Assembly (NCBI GenBank): GCA_965248635.1
Contig: OZ252114.1
Location: forward strand, 1,365,838-1,429,837
Source of the DNA: Acidobacteriota bacterium
Lineage (GTDB): Bacteria > Acidobacteriota > UBA6911 > RPQK01 > CBDAPI01
Reading direction: 5' to 3'
Length of the DNA stretch: 64,000 nt
Shown here: positions 10,765 to 19,428 of the stretch, piece by piece
Numbering within the stretch: position 1 is the stretch's first letter
Layout: each line of letters opens with the position of its first letter
The notes under the pieces: model-generated
What the model was told of the DNA's origin: nothing
The model's input: only the letters and a program-made list of their open reading frames with translations
Databases searched by the model: none
Position numbers and translations under genes: made by a program

Positions 10765-11730
10765 ATGCGAGTTGGAGTCATTGGTCTGCTGCTGCTGGTT
10801 TTCTCGGCCTGCGGAGGAACCGGGTCTTCGCCGGACGGGGGGACGCGTTTCTTGAGCATTGGAACGGCTCCGCCTGGAGGGGCCTTCTTTGTTGTGGGTG
10901 GGGCTCTGGCCGAGGTCCTGAGCCAGGAGGATTCGGCTGGATGGCAGGTCAGTGCCGAGTCGACCAAGGGGACCCAGGAGAACATCCGGCGGCTGGCCAG
11001 CAAAGAGCTCGATCTGGCCCTGGCCAATGCCTCCATCTCCTATTTCGCGGCCCGGGGTGAGGGGACCTGGAAACAAGCCTATCCTGTCCGGACCGTCATG
11101 ACTCTGGCCCCCAACGTGGCGCTTTTCATCGCGCCCGCTTCAGCCGGGTTCAAAAGCGTCGGTGATCTGCGGGGCCGGCGTGTGGTGCTGGGGCCGGCGG
11201 GAGCCGGATTTGAGTTTTTTGTGGCCCTGATTCTAGAGGCGCACGGCCTGGGGTATGACGATCTGACCGTGCTGAACGCAACCCAGACCGGTGCTGTGGA
11301 TCTGCTCTCGGACGGCGCCGCGGCAGCCGCCTTTCTGGGAGGCGCGGTCCCAACCGCCTCCATCACCCAGGCCTCCACGTCGCAGGACATCCAATTCGTA
11401 CCTTTTGATCCTGCCGCCCGGGAAAAGCTGATTGCGGAGTATCCGTTCTTTGAAGCGGCCACGATTCCCGCCGGAACCTACCGAAATCAGAGTGAGGACT
11501 TTGAAGGCTTGAATGTTGGTTCCATGCACCTGATTACGAATGCCGAGACGGATCCGGATCTGATCTATCAGATCACCCGAACCCTGTATGAGAACCGCCA
11601 TCAAATCGCAGCCAGACATCCCGCCGGTCGGGCTATCAACGAGTCCAATGTAACTCGTGACACCGGAACCCAGTTTCATCCCGGAGCCATTCGTTACTAC
11701 AGGGAGATCGGTATTTGGCCGGAGAGCTAG
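10765..11730 (+). CDS. TAXI-family TRAP transporter solute-binding protein (lipoprotein)
   Basis: 321 aa, lipobox LVFSAC, TAXI/immunogenic-protein family features. Followed by the fused TRAP permease. Confidence 0.8.
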   Translation: MRVGVIGLLLLVFSACGGTGSSPDGGTRFLSIGTAPPGGAFFVVGGALAEVLSQEDSAGWQVSAESTKGTQENIRRLASKELDLALANASISYFAARGEGTWKQAYPVRTVMTLAPNVALFIAPASAGFKSVGDLRGRRVVLGPAGAGFEFFVALILEAHGLGYDDLTVLNATQTGAVDLLSDGAAAAAFLGGAVPTASITQASTSQDIQFVPFDPAAREKLIAEYPFFEAATIPAGTYRNQSEDFEGLNVGSMHLITNAETDPDLIYQITRTLYENRHQIAARHPAGRAINESNVTRDTGTQFHPGAIRYYREIGIWPES

Positions 11731-13691
11731 ATTCTCGACCCGCCCGGGAGTCGGCGACCGCGCGCTCCGTTGCAGTGAGGTCCGTTCTTCCCGCCCTGCT
11801 CTGTAGTTTCGTCCTAGTCGAAGTCAACTACCCGACCTTTTCTCCTCAGTCCCAGCTGGCCATTTTCGGGTCGGCGGGGCTCGTCTACTGTTTCATGACG
11901 AGCCGGTCCGCCTTTTTGCGACCCTGGCTGGATCGGTTGTGCATCCTCCTCTCAGCATTGTGCGGAGGATACATCGTGGTGCAGACCGAGGGCTGGTTCT
12001 CGCCGTTGTGGTTGCAGGGGACTTCGCTGGGAAACCGGGCTGGACAGGAACCAGGTCTGGACCTTTTCATCGGCCTGGTGGGGTTGTTACTGGTTCTCGA
12101 GGCGGCCCGTCGCAGCCTGGGTTGGGCGCTGCCGGCTCTCTCCTCCGTTTTCCTTGCCTATTGCTTTGTGGGGCCGCATCTACCGGGCTGGCTGCTGCCG
12201 CATCGAGGCTACAGCCTGGATCGTGTGGTTTCGCACGTCTTCCTGCAGAGTCAGGGTGTCTTTGGAATCGCGCTCCGGGTGATGTTCACCTATGTCTTTC
12301 TTTTTGTTGTCTTTGGAGTGCTTCTGGAACTGACAGGCGTCACCGCCTTCATTCTGGATCTGGCCGGGCGGGTTTTCTCTCGCAGTAGCGGTGCACCGGG
12401 CAAGATAGCCGTCGTTGCCAGCGGTCTGATGGGCTCGCTTTCCGGCAGTGCCGTGGCCAACACGGCGACTACCGGCACCTTTACGATTCCTCTCATGAAG
12501 AACTCGGGGTTCAAGCCGTCCATGGCTGGAGGCGTAGTGGCGGCCGCCAGCTCCGGAGGCGCACTCATGCCTCCCGTGATGGGTGCGGCGGCCTACATGA
12601 TGCTGGAGATGGTCACGCCTCCCGTTACCTATCTGCACATCATTCGCAGTGCTCTGCTGCCGGCTCTCCTCTACTACTTCTCTCTGCTGCTGCTGGTTCA
12701 CCTGTATTCCAGGCGCTACCAGCTGGCAGAGCAGACACTGCAGCCCGACTCGGTTCGCCCGGCTCCCTGGGCCGGCGTCATCTTCTCGACCTCTCTGGGA
12801 TTGCTCCTGGTCTTTCTGTTTGTGGGATACACGCCATTTCGGGCGGTTACGGCGGCCATCCTGGGCGCCGGGATCCTGAGCCTCTTCTCCCGGAGGACTC
12901 GACTCACGCCCCCCAAACTGATGGAGGTTTCTCGACAGGCTGCCCGCGGAGGAGTGCCGCTCATCTGCGCAGCCGCCTGTGTGGGGATCATTATCGGAGT
13001 GGTCACTTTGACGGGACTGGGAACCAGACTCCCTTCCCTGATCCTGCCCCTGGCCCAGCAGAATCTCTTTGCCGCCCTCTTCCTGATCATGATTTGCTCA
13101 CTGATCCTGGGGATGGGGCTCCCTTCCGCTGTCTGCTATCTGCTCCTGGCTACCTTCATCGGATCGGTCCTGGGAGAGCTGGGAATCGTTCCTCTGGCCG
13201 GTCACTTCTTTATCTTCTACTTTGGAATGATGTCGATGGTGACTCCACCGGTGGCCCTGGCGGCCTATGCGGCAGCCACGATTGCGGGTTCCGGGATCAT
13301 GGTGACGGCCTGGAGAGCGTTTTCATTTGCACTGGTCGGATTCACGCTGCCCTATATGTTCGTCTTGCAGCCCGAGTTGCTGTTGCTGGACTCCAATGGA
13401 GATCAAGTTTCACTGCTGCTGGCCCTCCCGGCGCTGAGCACGGCGATTCTGGGTATTACGGCTCTGGCGGGCAGCCTGTCCGGGTTTTGCTTCTCCCCCT
13501 TGAGTTCCTTGGTACGAGGGATACTGTTTTTGGGTGCCGCGCTGCTGCTCTACCCGGCTGATTTCCTGGGGTCCTTCGCGGGCCTGCTGCCGACTCTGGC
13601 GGGGCTGGTGATTCTGGTGGTTTGCGTTGTCTGGAGCTGGTACCAGCGCGGGAACCCGACCGCCGGGATTGAAACGGAGCCCCGACCGTGA
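11715..13691 (+). CDS. TRAP transporter fused 4TM/12TM permease (TAXI-associated DctQM-type)
   Basis: 658 aa, about 16 predicted TM segments, immediately downstream of and overlapping the TAXI gene. The true start may be an internal Met. Confidence 0.75.
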   Translation: MAGELDSRPARESATARSVAVRSVLPALLCSFVLVEVNYPTFSPQSQLAIFGSAGLVYCFMTSRSAFLRPWLDRLCILLSALCGGYIVVQTEGWFSPLWLQGTSLGNRAGQEPGLDLFIGLVGLLLVLEAARRSLGWALPALSSVFLAYCFVGPHLPGWLLPHRGYSLDRVVSHVFLQSQGVFGIALRVMFTYVFLFVVFGVLLELTGVTAFILDLAGRVFSRSSGAPGKIAVVASGLMGSLSGSAVANTATTGTFTIPLMKNSGFKPSMAGGVVAAASSGGALMPPVMGAAAYMMLEMVTPPVTYLHIIRSALLPALLYYFSLLLLVHLYSRRYQLAEQTLQPDSVRPAPWAGVIFSTSLGLLLVFLFVGYTPFRAVTAAILGAGILSLFSRRTRLTPPKLMEVSRQAARGGVPLICAAACVGIIIGVVTLTGLGTRLPSLILPLAQQNLFAALFLIMICSLILGMGLPSAVCYLLLATFIGSVLGELGIVPLAGHFFIFYFGMMSMVTPPVALAAYAAATIAGSGIMVTAWRAFSFALVGFTLPYMFVLQPELLLLDSNGDQVSLLLALPALSTAILGITALAGSLSGFCFSPLSSLVRGILFLGAALLLYPADFLGSFAGLLPTLAGLVILVVCVVWSWYQRGNPTAGIETEPRP

Positions 13692-13905
13692 GAGAGGGGA
13701 GATCCGGGCTCTCTCCGGTCGCTTACGCTCTACCCTCCAACTCAGCCCTCGCTGACGCTCGGGTTCTGATGACTTCTCGGCGAACAGCCCGGAAACCGAC
13801 AGAATTTGCGCGACCGCGTGGCAGGGCAAGAGAATAGACTCTGGGGGTGCGGCGTAGTAGAGACAGGTTGAGAGAAATTGCCACACCATCCAGAGAGGAG
13901 AAGAG

Positions 13906-15381
13906 ATGTCGACGCTGATAGGCAATTTGGGAGTCTGGCTGGTCGCTCTAGGGGCAGCTTTAGTCATTTATGTACTGGTGCGCAACCGCTGGAAGAAGTC
14001 CGGGCCCGACGAAGCCCTGATTGTCTACGGTAAGCGAAAGCTGCTGGGCAGGAAGGTCAGAGGGGACGAAGGGCAGATCGAAGGATTCCGCATCGTACGC
14101 GGCGGCGGTACTTTTGTCTGGCCCGCCTGGGAACAGTACGAGTACCTGTCTCTGAAGATGATGACCCTGGACATCGACCTCCACCACGTCTACACCGTGC
14201 AGGGGATCCCGATCAACGTCAAGGCGGTGGCCCAGGTAAAGGTCAAGGGAGACGTTGACCACATCCGTAAGGCCGCGGAGGGTTTTCTGGGCCTCCCGTC
14301 CGAGCAGATCCAGTCCACCATCAAAGAGACGGTGGCCGGTCATTTGAGAGGAATCATCGGCACCTTGACCATCGAAGAACTGTATCGGGACCAGAAGCGC
14401 TTTCAGGACAGCGTGAGAGAGGAGGGGCTGCAAGATCTTCGCGAAATGGGTTTCGAGTTCAAATCCTTTGTATTCCAGGAGATTCAGGATGACGAAGGTT
14501 ACTTGAACGCTCTGGGACAACCCAAGATTCAGCAAGCCCTCAAGAATGCACGGATCGCCACGGCGCAGGCTGATCGTGATGCCAAGATTGAAGAGGAGAT
14601 GGCTCGTCAGAACAAGGAACAGAAGCGCCTGGGAGTCGACACGGAGATCGCCGAAGCCGGCAAAGAGCTGGATCTGAAGAAGGCCTCCATCCGCAAGGAA
14701 GTCGATGTGGCCGACGCGCTCGCCATCAAGGCAGGCGAGATGGAGTTGAAGGTTCAGAACATCGCGATTGCCGACCAGGAGGTGGAACGCCAGAGGCTGG
14801 AGTTCACGGCCACCATTCGCGAGAAAGCCGACGCCGAGAAGTACGAAGTTGAACGCCAGTCCGACGCCAACCAGTATCGAATCGAGCGTCAGGCGGCAGC
14901 AGACAGGAATCGACGCGAAGAGGCTGCCCAGGCCCTCAAGGCCGAGGGCCTGGCCAAAGCGGCAGCCGAGTCGGCGATGCGCAGAGACATCGGGCTGGCG
15001 GAAGCGGAAGCCATCCAGGCCAAGGGAGAGGCCGAGGCCAAAGCCCGTCATCTGCTGGCCGAAGCCTTGAAGCTCTACAACGAAGCCGGACTCTCCATCG
15101 AGGCCCTGAAAGTGCTTCCCGAGATTGCGGCTGCGGTGTCCGAACCGCTTTCGCGCGCCGGCACGACCACCATCATCAGCCAGGGGGGGAAGAATGGTGG
15201 TGGAACCGGTGCTTCCAAGCTGACCGAAGATGTGGTGGAGGTGCTCAGCCAGTTGAGTCCCATCATGGAGCAGCTGGCGGGAGTCGATCTCCAGAACTTT
15301 CTCAAGGACATCTCCAAGTTGCCCGGTGCTGTGGGCAAGGGTCTGACCAGGGGCGCAGCCCGCGAAGACTCTGAGAGCTAG
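13906..15381 (+). CDS. Flotillin-family protein (SPFH/Band 7 domain with long coiled-coil)
   Basis: 491 aa, N-terminal TM helix, SPFH domain, extended EA-rich coiled-coil typical of FloT/YqiK flotillins. Confidence 0.85.
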   Translation: MSTLIGNLGVWLVALGAALVIYVLVRNRWKKSGPDEALIVYGKRKLLGRKVRGDEGQIEGFRIVRGGGTFVWPAWEQYEYLSLKMMTLDIDLHHVYTVQGIPINVKAVAQVKVKGDVDHIRKAAEGFLGLPSEQIQSTIKETVAGHLRGIIGTLTIEELYRDQKRFQDSVREEGLQDLREMGFEFKSFVFQEIQDDEGYLNALGQPKIQQALKNARIATAQADRDAKIEEEMARQNKEQKRLGVDTEIAEAGKELDLKKASIRKEVDVADALAIKAGEMELKVQNIAIADQEVERQRLEFTATIREKADAEKYEVERQSDANQYRIERQAAADRNRREEAAQALKAEGLAKAAAESAMRRDIGLAEAEAIQAKGEAEAKARHLLAEALKLYNEAGLSIEALKVLPEIAAAVSEPLSRAGTTTIISQGGKNGGGTGASKLTEDVVEVLSQLSPIMEQLAGVDLQNFLKDISKLPGAVGKGLTRGAAREDSES

Positions 15382-15392
15382 GAGGGGGAGCT

Positions 15393-16355
15393 TTGCCAGA
15401 ATCCAGAGACCTGCTGAGCCTGCTCGAAACGCTGGGGAAAACCCACAGCCCTTCCTCGAAGCTCCGCCTGCTGGGGAGCTCGTGGAAACTGCTTCGGGAT
15501 CTGACCCCGAAACAGCGGCAGAGGCTGTTTGCTGCTCAGGGTCTCAAGCAGGCCGGCGATCTGCTGAGGAGGCTCGGTGGCAGGGAAGAGAGGTCGCGCG
15601 ATCTCCTTCTGGCCCTGGCAGACCAGGTCGAAAAAGGCGATGTCGACAAGCTGGGGACGATCTTCAACCGCGTCCGAAGTGGTGGATTATCCGAGGTCAT
15701 CGAGGAGGGCCTGAGCCACCTCGAAGAACAGATTCTGGGATCGAAAGAGAAACACGAACCACCGCCTCTCAATCTGGATCCTCTGTCTCTCGATCTGGAG
15801 CCTCCAGCCAAAGTCGAACCTGCCCCGCCGCCTCCCGAGGTGCCCGCCGACCTGCCGGAGCCGGAAGCGGAGGAGACAGTTGCCGCTGTGCCCGAAGCAC
15901 CGAACCCTCGCCATGAGCCTCTACCGGAGCCCCCGGCTCACAGAGTCGTGGCAGAGGTCGCTCCGGCCCCCGATGAATCACCGGAAGCTGAAACCGGTGG
16001 GCGAGAAGCTTCCCTCCTGGAAGAACTCTCGTCCGGGGCAAGTCTGCTCGACCGCTTCCGGCTGGTTCGAAACCGCCTGGCTGAACTCTCCGAGCCGGGA
16101 AAAGTCGCACAAGCAGTGGAAGCGTTTCCGGAGGGCTGGGCGCGTCGACGCTTTGTCACCCGGTTGATCCGCGAAGGGAAGGTAGGTTTTGAAGAGGCCT
16201 GTCAGCTCCTGCGACAACTGCCTGCCAGCGGAGAACACTGGGGCGTCTCGGCCATTCTGGAGCGCTATCCCCTCAACCCTGAACGGTTGAGTCTGCTGCA
16301 GGAAGTTCTGCGCACCCCGCTCTCAAAACGACGGGTCCAGGGGCACCGGGTGTAG
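15393..16355 (+). CDS. Hypothetical protein: two helical domains joined by a Pro/Glu-rich linker. Flotillin operon partner.
   Basis: 320 aa, 12 nt downstream of the flotillin gene. No recognizable catalytic motif. PEPEAEE... linker. Confidence 0.5.
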   Translation: MPESRDLLSLLETLGKTHSPSSKLRLLGSSWKLLRDLTPKQRQRLFAAQGLKQAGDLLRRLGGREERSRDLLLALADQVEKGDVDKLGTIFNRVRSGGLSEVIEEGLSHLEEQILGSKEKHEPPPLNLDPLSLDLEPPAKVEPAPPPPEVPADLPEPEAEETVAAVPEAPNPRHEPLPEPPAHRVVAEVAPAPDESPEAETGGREASLLEELSSGASLLDRFRLVRNRLAELSEPGKVAQAVEAFPEGWARRRFVTRLIREGKVGFEEACQLLRQLPASGEHWGVSAILERYPLNPERLSLLQEVLRTPLSKRRVQGHRV

Positions 16356-16359
16356 CCCA

Positions 16360-16394
16360 ACTTTCAACCTTCAACCTTCAACCTTCAACTCTTG
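16360..16394. repeat. Tandem heptamer repeat (AACTTTC AACCTTC x3 AACTCTT)
   Basis: Five period-7 units between the hypothetical gene and the DUF2203 gene. Confidence 0.8.
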
Positions 16395-16802
16395 GATGAG
16401 ATATACTTGGCCCGCATGGAGGATCATTACTTCACCATCTCCGAAGCTCGGTCCCTCTTGCCCAAAGTGCGAGGTCTCACCGAGGAGATGGTCCTTCTGG
16501 CGCGCCAGTTACACGCCTTTCATCCCCAGATTCGAGGGCTGGCTGAACGGGGAGGGGAGAACACGGGGAGTCCCGAGGGGACTCGCTATCTGACCTATCT
16601 GCTTCGAATGCAGGGCTGCGTCAGCCGGATTCAACGCCTCGGATGCGTAGTGAAAGGGGTGGAGGACGGTCTGGTGGATTTCCCCCACTTGAAAGATGGT
16701 CGGGAAGTGTATCTGTGCTGGAAACTGGGAGAAGATGACATTCACTTCTGGCACGAGACGGATGCCGGATTTGCGGGCCGTGTGCCCCTAAAGGAGAAGT
16801 AA
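16392..16802 (+). CDS. DUF2203-like small conserved protein
   Basis: 136 aa. The N-terminal YFTISEARSLLP... resembles the DUF2203 family signature. Assignment made from memory of the family. Confidence 0.45.
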   Translation: MDEIYLARMEDHYFTISEARSLLPKVRGLTEEMVLLARQLHAFHPQIRGLAERGGENTGSPEGTRYLTYLLRMQGCVSRIQRLGCVVKGVEDGLVDFPHLKDGREVYLCWKLGEDDIHFWHETDAGFAGRVPLKEK

Positions 16803-16803
16803 G

Positions 16804-17445
16804 ATGCTGGTTCGTCTTCGATGCAGGGTTCCCCTGGCAGGTCGGGCATTGCTAACCCTGGCAGTCGCAGCCGGAGGAGCAGCTTGCTCCAAGAACTTTG
16901 TCGAACCCGACTCATCGGAAGAAGTCCCCCCGTCCCAAGCGAGGGCGGTGAGTCAGCGCCAGCCCGAAGGTGGGGCGGTGAGAGTCGAGCACCAGGCCCC
17001 CACAGGGTGGATCGAAGAGACTCCATCCAGCCGGATGAGACAGGCCCAGTATCTTCTGCCCCGGGCCGGAGCGGATCGAGAAGATGCGGAGTTGGTGGTC
17101 TTTCACTTTCCTGGCCAGGGGGGATCGATCGAGGCCAACATTGCCCGCTGGATCGGCCAGATGTCCCGTCCGGACGGGAGTCCGGCAACAGCCGATGCTG
17201 AGATCTCGGAAAAAACGGTGAGAGGTAAGAAGGTAACTCTGCTGGAAGTCAGCGGAACCTACCAGTCAGGGGGCATGGGCCCGAGGGGCCAGGGAGCCAG
17301 CAAGCCGGGTTACCGCATGCGCGGTGCCATCATCGATACGAGCCAGGGACCCTGGTTTTTCAAATTGACCGGCCCGGTCGGAACCGTGGAGAAATGGTCC
17401 GACTCCTGGACAGAGCTCGTGGACAGCCTGCAGATCACGGGATAG
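16804..17445 (+). CDS. Hypothetical lipoprotein
   Basis: 213 aa, signal peptide with Cys (AAGGAACS), no recognizable domains. Start 2 nt after the previous stop (operonic). Confidence 0.45.
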   Translation: MLVRLRCRVPLAGRALLTLAVAAGGAACSKNFVEPDSSEEVPPSQARAVSQRQPEGGAVRVEHQAPTGWIEETPSSRMRQAQYLLPRAGADREDAELVVFHFPGQGGSIEANIARWIGQMSRPDGSPATADAEISEKTVRGKKVTLLEVSGTYQSGGMGPRGQGASKPGYRMRGAIIDTSQGPWFFKLTGPVGTVEKWSDSWTELVDSLQITG

Positions 17446-17529
17446 GTTCCACGTTTCACGTCCCGGAGATGATCAGTCCAGGCGCCGAGCAGGCAGAGAG
17501 AGCGCAACGTGGAACGTGAAACGTGGAAC
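17445..17529. repeat. Inverted pair of GTTCCAC-type heptamer arrays forming a long hairpin between convergent genes (terminator-like)
   Basis: Arm GGTTCCACGTTTCACGTCC at 17445-17463 and arm ACGTGGAACGTGAAACGTGGAAC at 17507-17529, about 44 nt apart. Arm 2 is nearly identical to the 23-mer at 46550-46572. Confidence 0.8.
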
Positions 17530-17530
17530 T

Positions 17531-18376
17531 CTATTCCCCCCCGGCCAGTCGCTCCAGTTCCCCGATCCTGGTTTCGATCACCTGGCGCATCGACTCGTCC
17601 GGGGTGTTCTCCACAAAGAACCTGAAATCCTCCAGCGCCTCCCTGTAGTCTGCGAGTTCAACGCAAACCATGCCTCTCTCCAAGATCTCCGGCAGAGGGT
17701 CGGAAAGGAGAGGAATCCGTCGATTCAGGACCCGCAGGGCCATCACGGCCTCTCCGCCCCCGCGGTACACCTGTTTCAGGTTCATCAGCATGCGCAGGAT
17801 GATGGCGGAGGCGGGAATGGAACTCAGAAAGGAAAGATCAAACTCAAGTTGTGACTCGAACAGCCGATCACACATGGCGCGGCAGTCATCTTCGAGTAGA
17901 ATCTGGCCCTTCTGAAATGCATCCAGGAAAAGCTCCCTAAAGCTGGCCCGAAACCCGAGCAGGAAATGTCCGGGCATTCCAACCGCCCAGGTTTCCAGGC
18001 CGAGTTGGCCCACGATCTCCCGGTACAGGATCGACAGCGTGATCGGAATCCCGGTTCGTCTGCGCAGTACCTGGCTCATCAGACTGTTGAGCGGATCGTA
18101 GTAGTTCTCCGTATTGCCGAGGTATCCCAGTTCCTCATAGAGAACCGCATTCGCGTGCTCGATGATTGTGTATGGGTCCCGCTGAGACGAAAGTCTTTTC
18201 TCTATCTTGCGGCGAATCCCCCGAACTTTCTCATGGCAATCATCCACGCTCAGTCCGGGGTCGCCAATTCGGGATATGTGCAGGGAAAGGTCAAACAGAT
18301 CCCACTCCCGGGGTGGCCGGCCGATTGCCTCCAGGTACTCTTCCAGATGTGGATCGTGCTGAGAGGCAGCTCTCAT
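17531..18376 (-). CDS. SirB1-like protein (transglutaminase-like core plus TPR)
   Basis: 281 aa with YYDPLNS...RRRTGIPITLSILY...GMPGHFLLGF, typical of the SirB1/Transglut_core2 family. Confidence 0.6.
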   Translation of the reverse strand: MRAASQHDPHLEEYLEAIGRPPREWDLFDLSLHISRIGDPGLSVDDCHEKVRGIRRKIEKRLSSQRDPYTIIEHANAVLYEELGYLGNTENYYDPLNSLMSQVLRRRTGIPITLSILYREIVGQLGLETWAVGMPGHFLLGFRASFRELFLDAFQKGQILLEDDCRAMCDRLFESQLEFDLSFLSSIPASAIILRMLMNLKQVYRGGGEAVMALRVLNRRIPLLSDPLPEILERGMVCVELADYREALEDFRFFVENTPDESMRQVIETRIGELERLAGGE

Positions 18377-18622
18377 TTGAACACCTGCACAGTTCTCAAC
18401 GACAAATAACCGCTTTCCAGTTCTCTCAATTCAATCAACTATCTTTCAAGTATCTTAGTGTACTCGTGGAAGTGAAAGCTCGAGCTTTGAGCGGGCTGAG
18501 AATCCTTTGACTAACTGCCAAAAACTTTTGCCTTTTTCAGGGTTCTCCGCTAGAGTGCCTGAGTGACTCGGTGGGAGAGGTTTGTGTCCCGAATTGCCCC
18601 TGGATGAATAAGGAGCGTTGGT

Positions 18623-19408
18623 ATGCTTTTGGCCATCTTGATTTGGCTGGTTACGATTGTTACGACGATCGCCTTCGCGGGCCGGTACTGGTGGTTTCCT
18701 GAGTCTGTGTCCAGTCACGGAGAGGTAGTGGATGGACAGTTCGTTTTGACCCTGATCGTCACCGGAATCGTTTTCATTCTGGCTCAAGCGGGACTGGGGT
18801 GGGCCCTTTTTCGATACCGGGACACGGGACAGCGCCGGGCAGTGTACAGCCATGGCAGCAACAAACTCGAGGTGCTCTGGACTTTGCTGACTGCGACGGT
18901 GTTTTTCCTGATGGTCCTGCCCGGGCAGAAGATCTGGGCGGATCTTTACATTAATCCCGCGCCTGAGAATGCCCTGCAGATCGAAGTGACCGGGCAGCAG
19001 TTCGCCTGGAACATACGCTATCCGGGACCGGATGGCCGTTTTGGCACCATCAAACCCGAGTTGATCGATGATTCCGCAGGCAATCCCCTGGGCTTGGACT
19101 TCGATGATCCCGCCGCTGGAGATGATCTGGTGCTGCCCACCATGGCCATCCCGGTGAACCGGCCCATCGAATTGCTGCTTCGATCAAAAGATGTGACTCA
19201 TGCGTTTTCGGTCAGGGAACTTCGAATCAAACAGGATACGGTTCCGGGATTGCTGATCCCGCTCCGCTTCACCGCCATCAAGACCGGAGCTTTCGAGATC
19301 GCCTGCATGGAACTCTGCGGGCTGGGCCACCACCGGATGCGGTCGTTTATTGAGATTCTGACGGAGAGTGACTATCAAGACTGGCTCCGTGAGATGGCTG
19401 AGGAATAA
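18623..19408 (+). CDS. coxB: Cytochrome c oxidase subunit II (CuA-containing; no fused cytochrome c domain)
   Basis: 261 aa, two N-terminal TM helices, CuA motif H...CMELCGLGHHRM. No CxxCH, so not caa3-type. Confidence 0.9.
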   Translation: MLLAILIWLVTIVTTIAFAGRYWWFPESVSSHGEVVDGQFVLTLIVTGIVFILAQAGLGWALFRYRDTGQRRAVYSHGSNKLEVLWTLLTATVFFLMVLPGQKIWADLYINPAPENALQIEVTGQQFAWNIRYPGPDGRFGTIKPELIDDSAGNPLGLDFDDPAAGDDLVLPTMAIPVNRPIELLLRSKDVTHAFSVRELRIKQDTVPGLLIPLRFTAIKTGAFEIACMELCGLGHHRMRSFIEILTESDYQDWLREMAEE

Positions 19409-19428
19409 GGAACCGAGGAGAGAAACTC

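Noticed and set aside
18377-18622. Possible small RNA or promoter elements in the 246-nt region upstream of coxB
   Set aside because: Only a weak TTGCCT-N18-TAGAGT promoter-like match was seen. There is no convincing structured RNA, and it is too uncertain to list as a feature.
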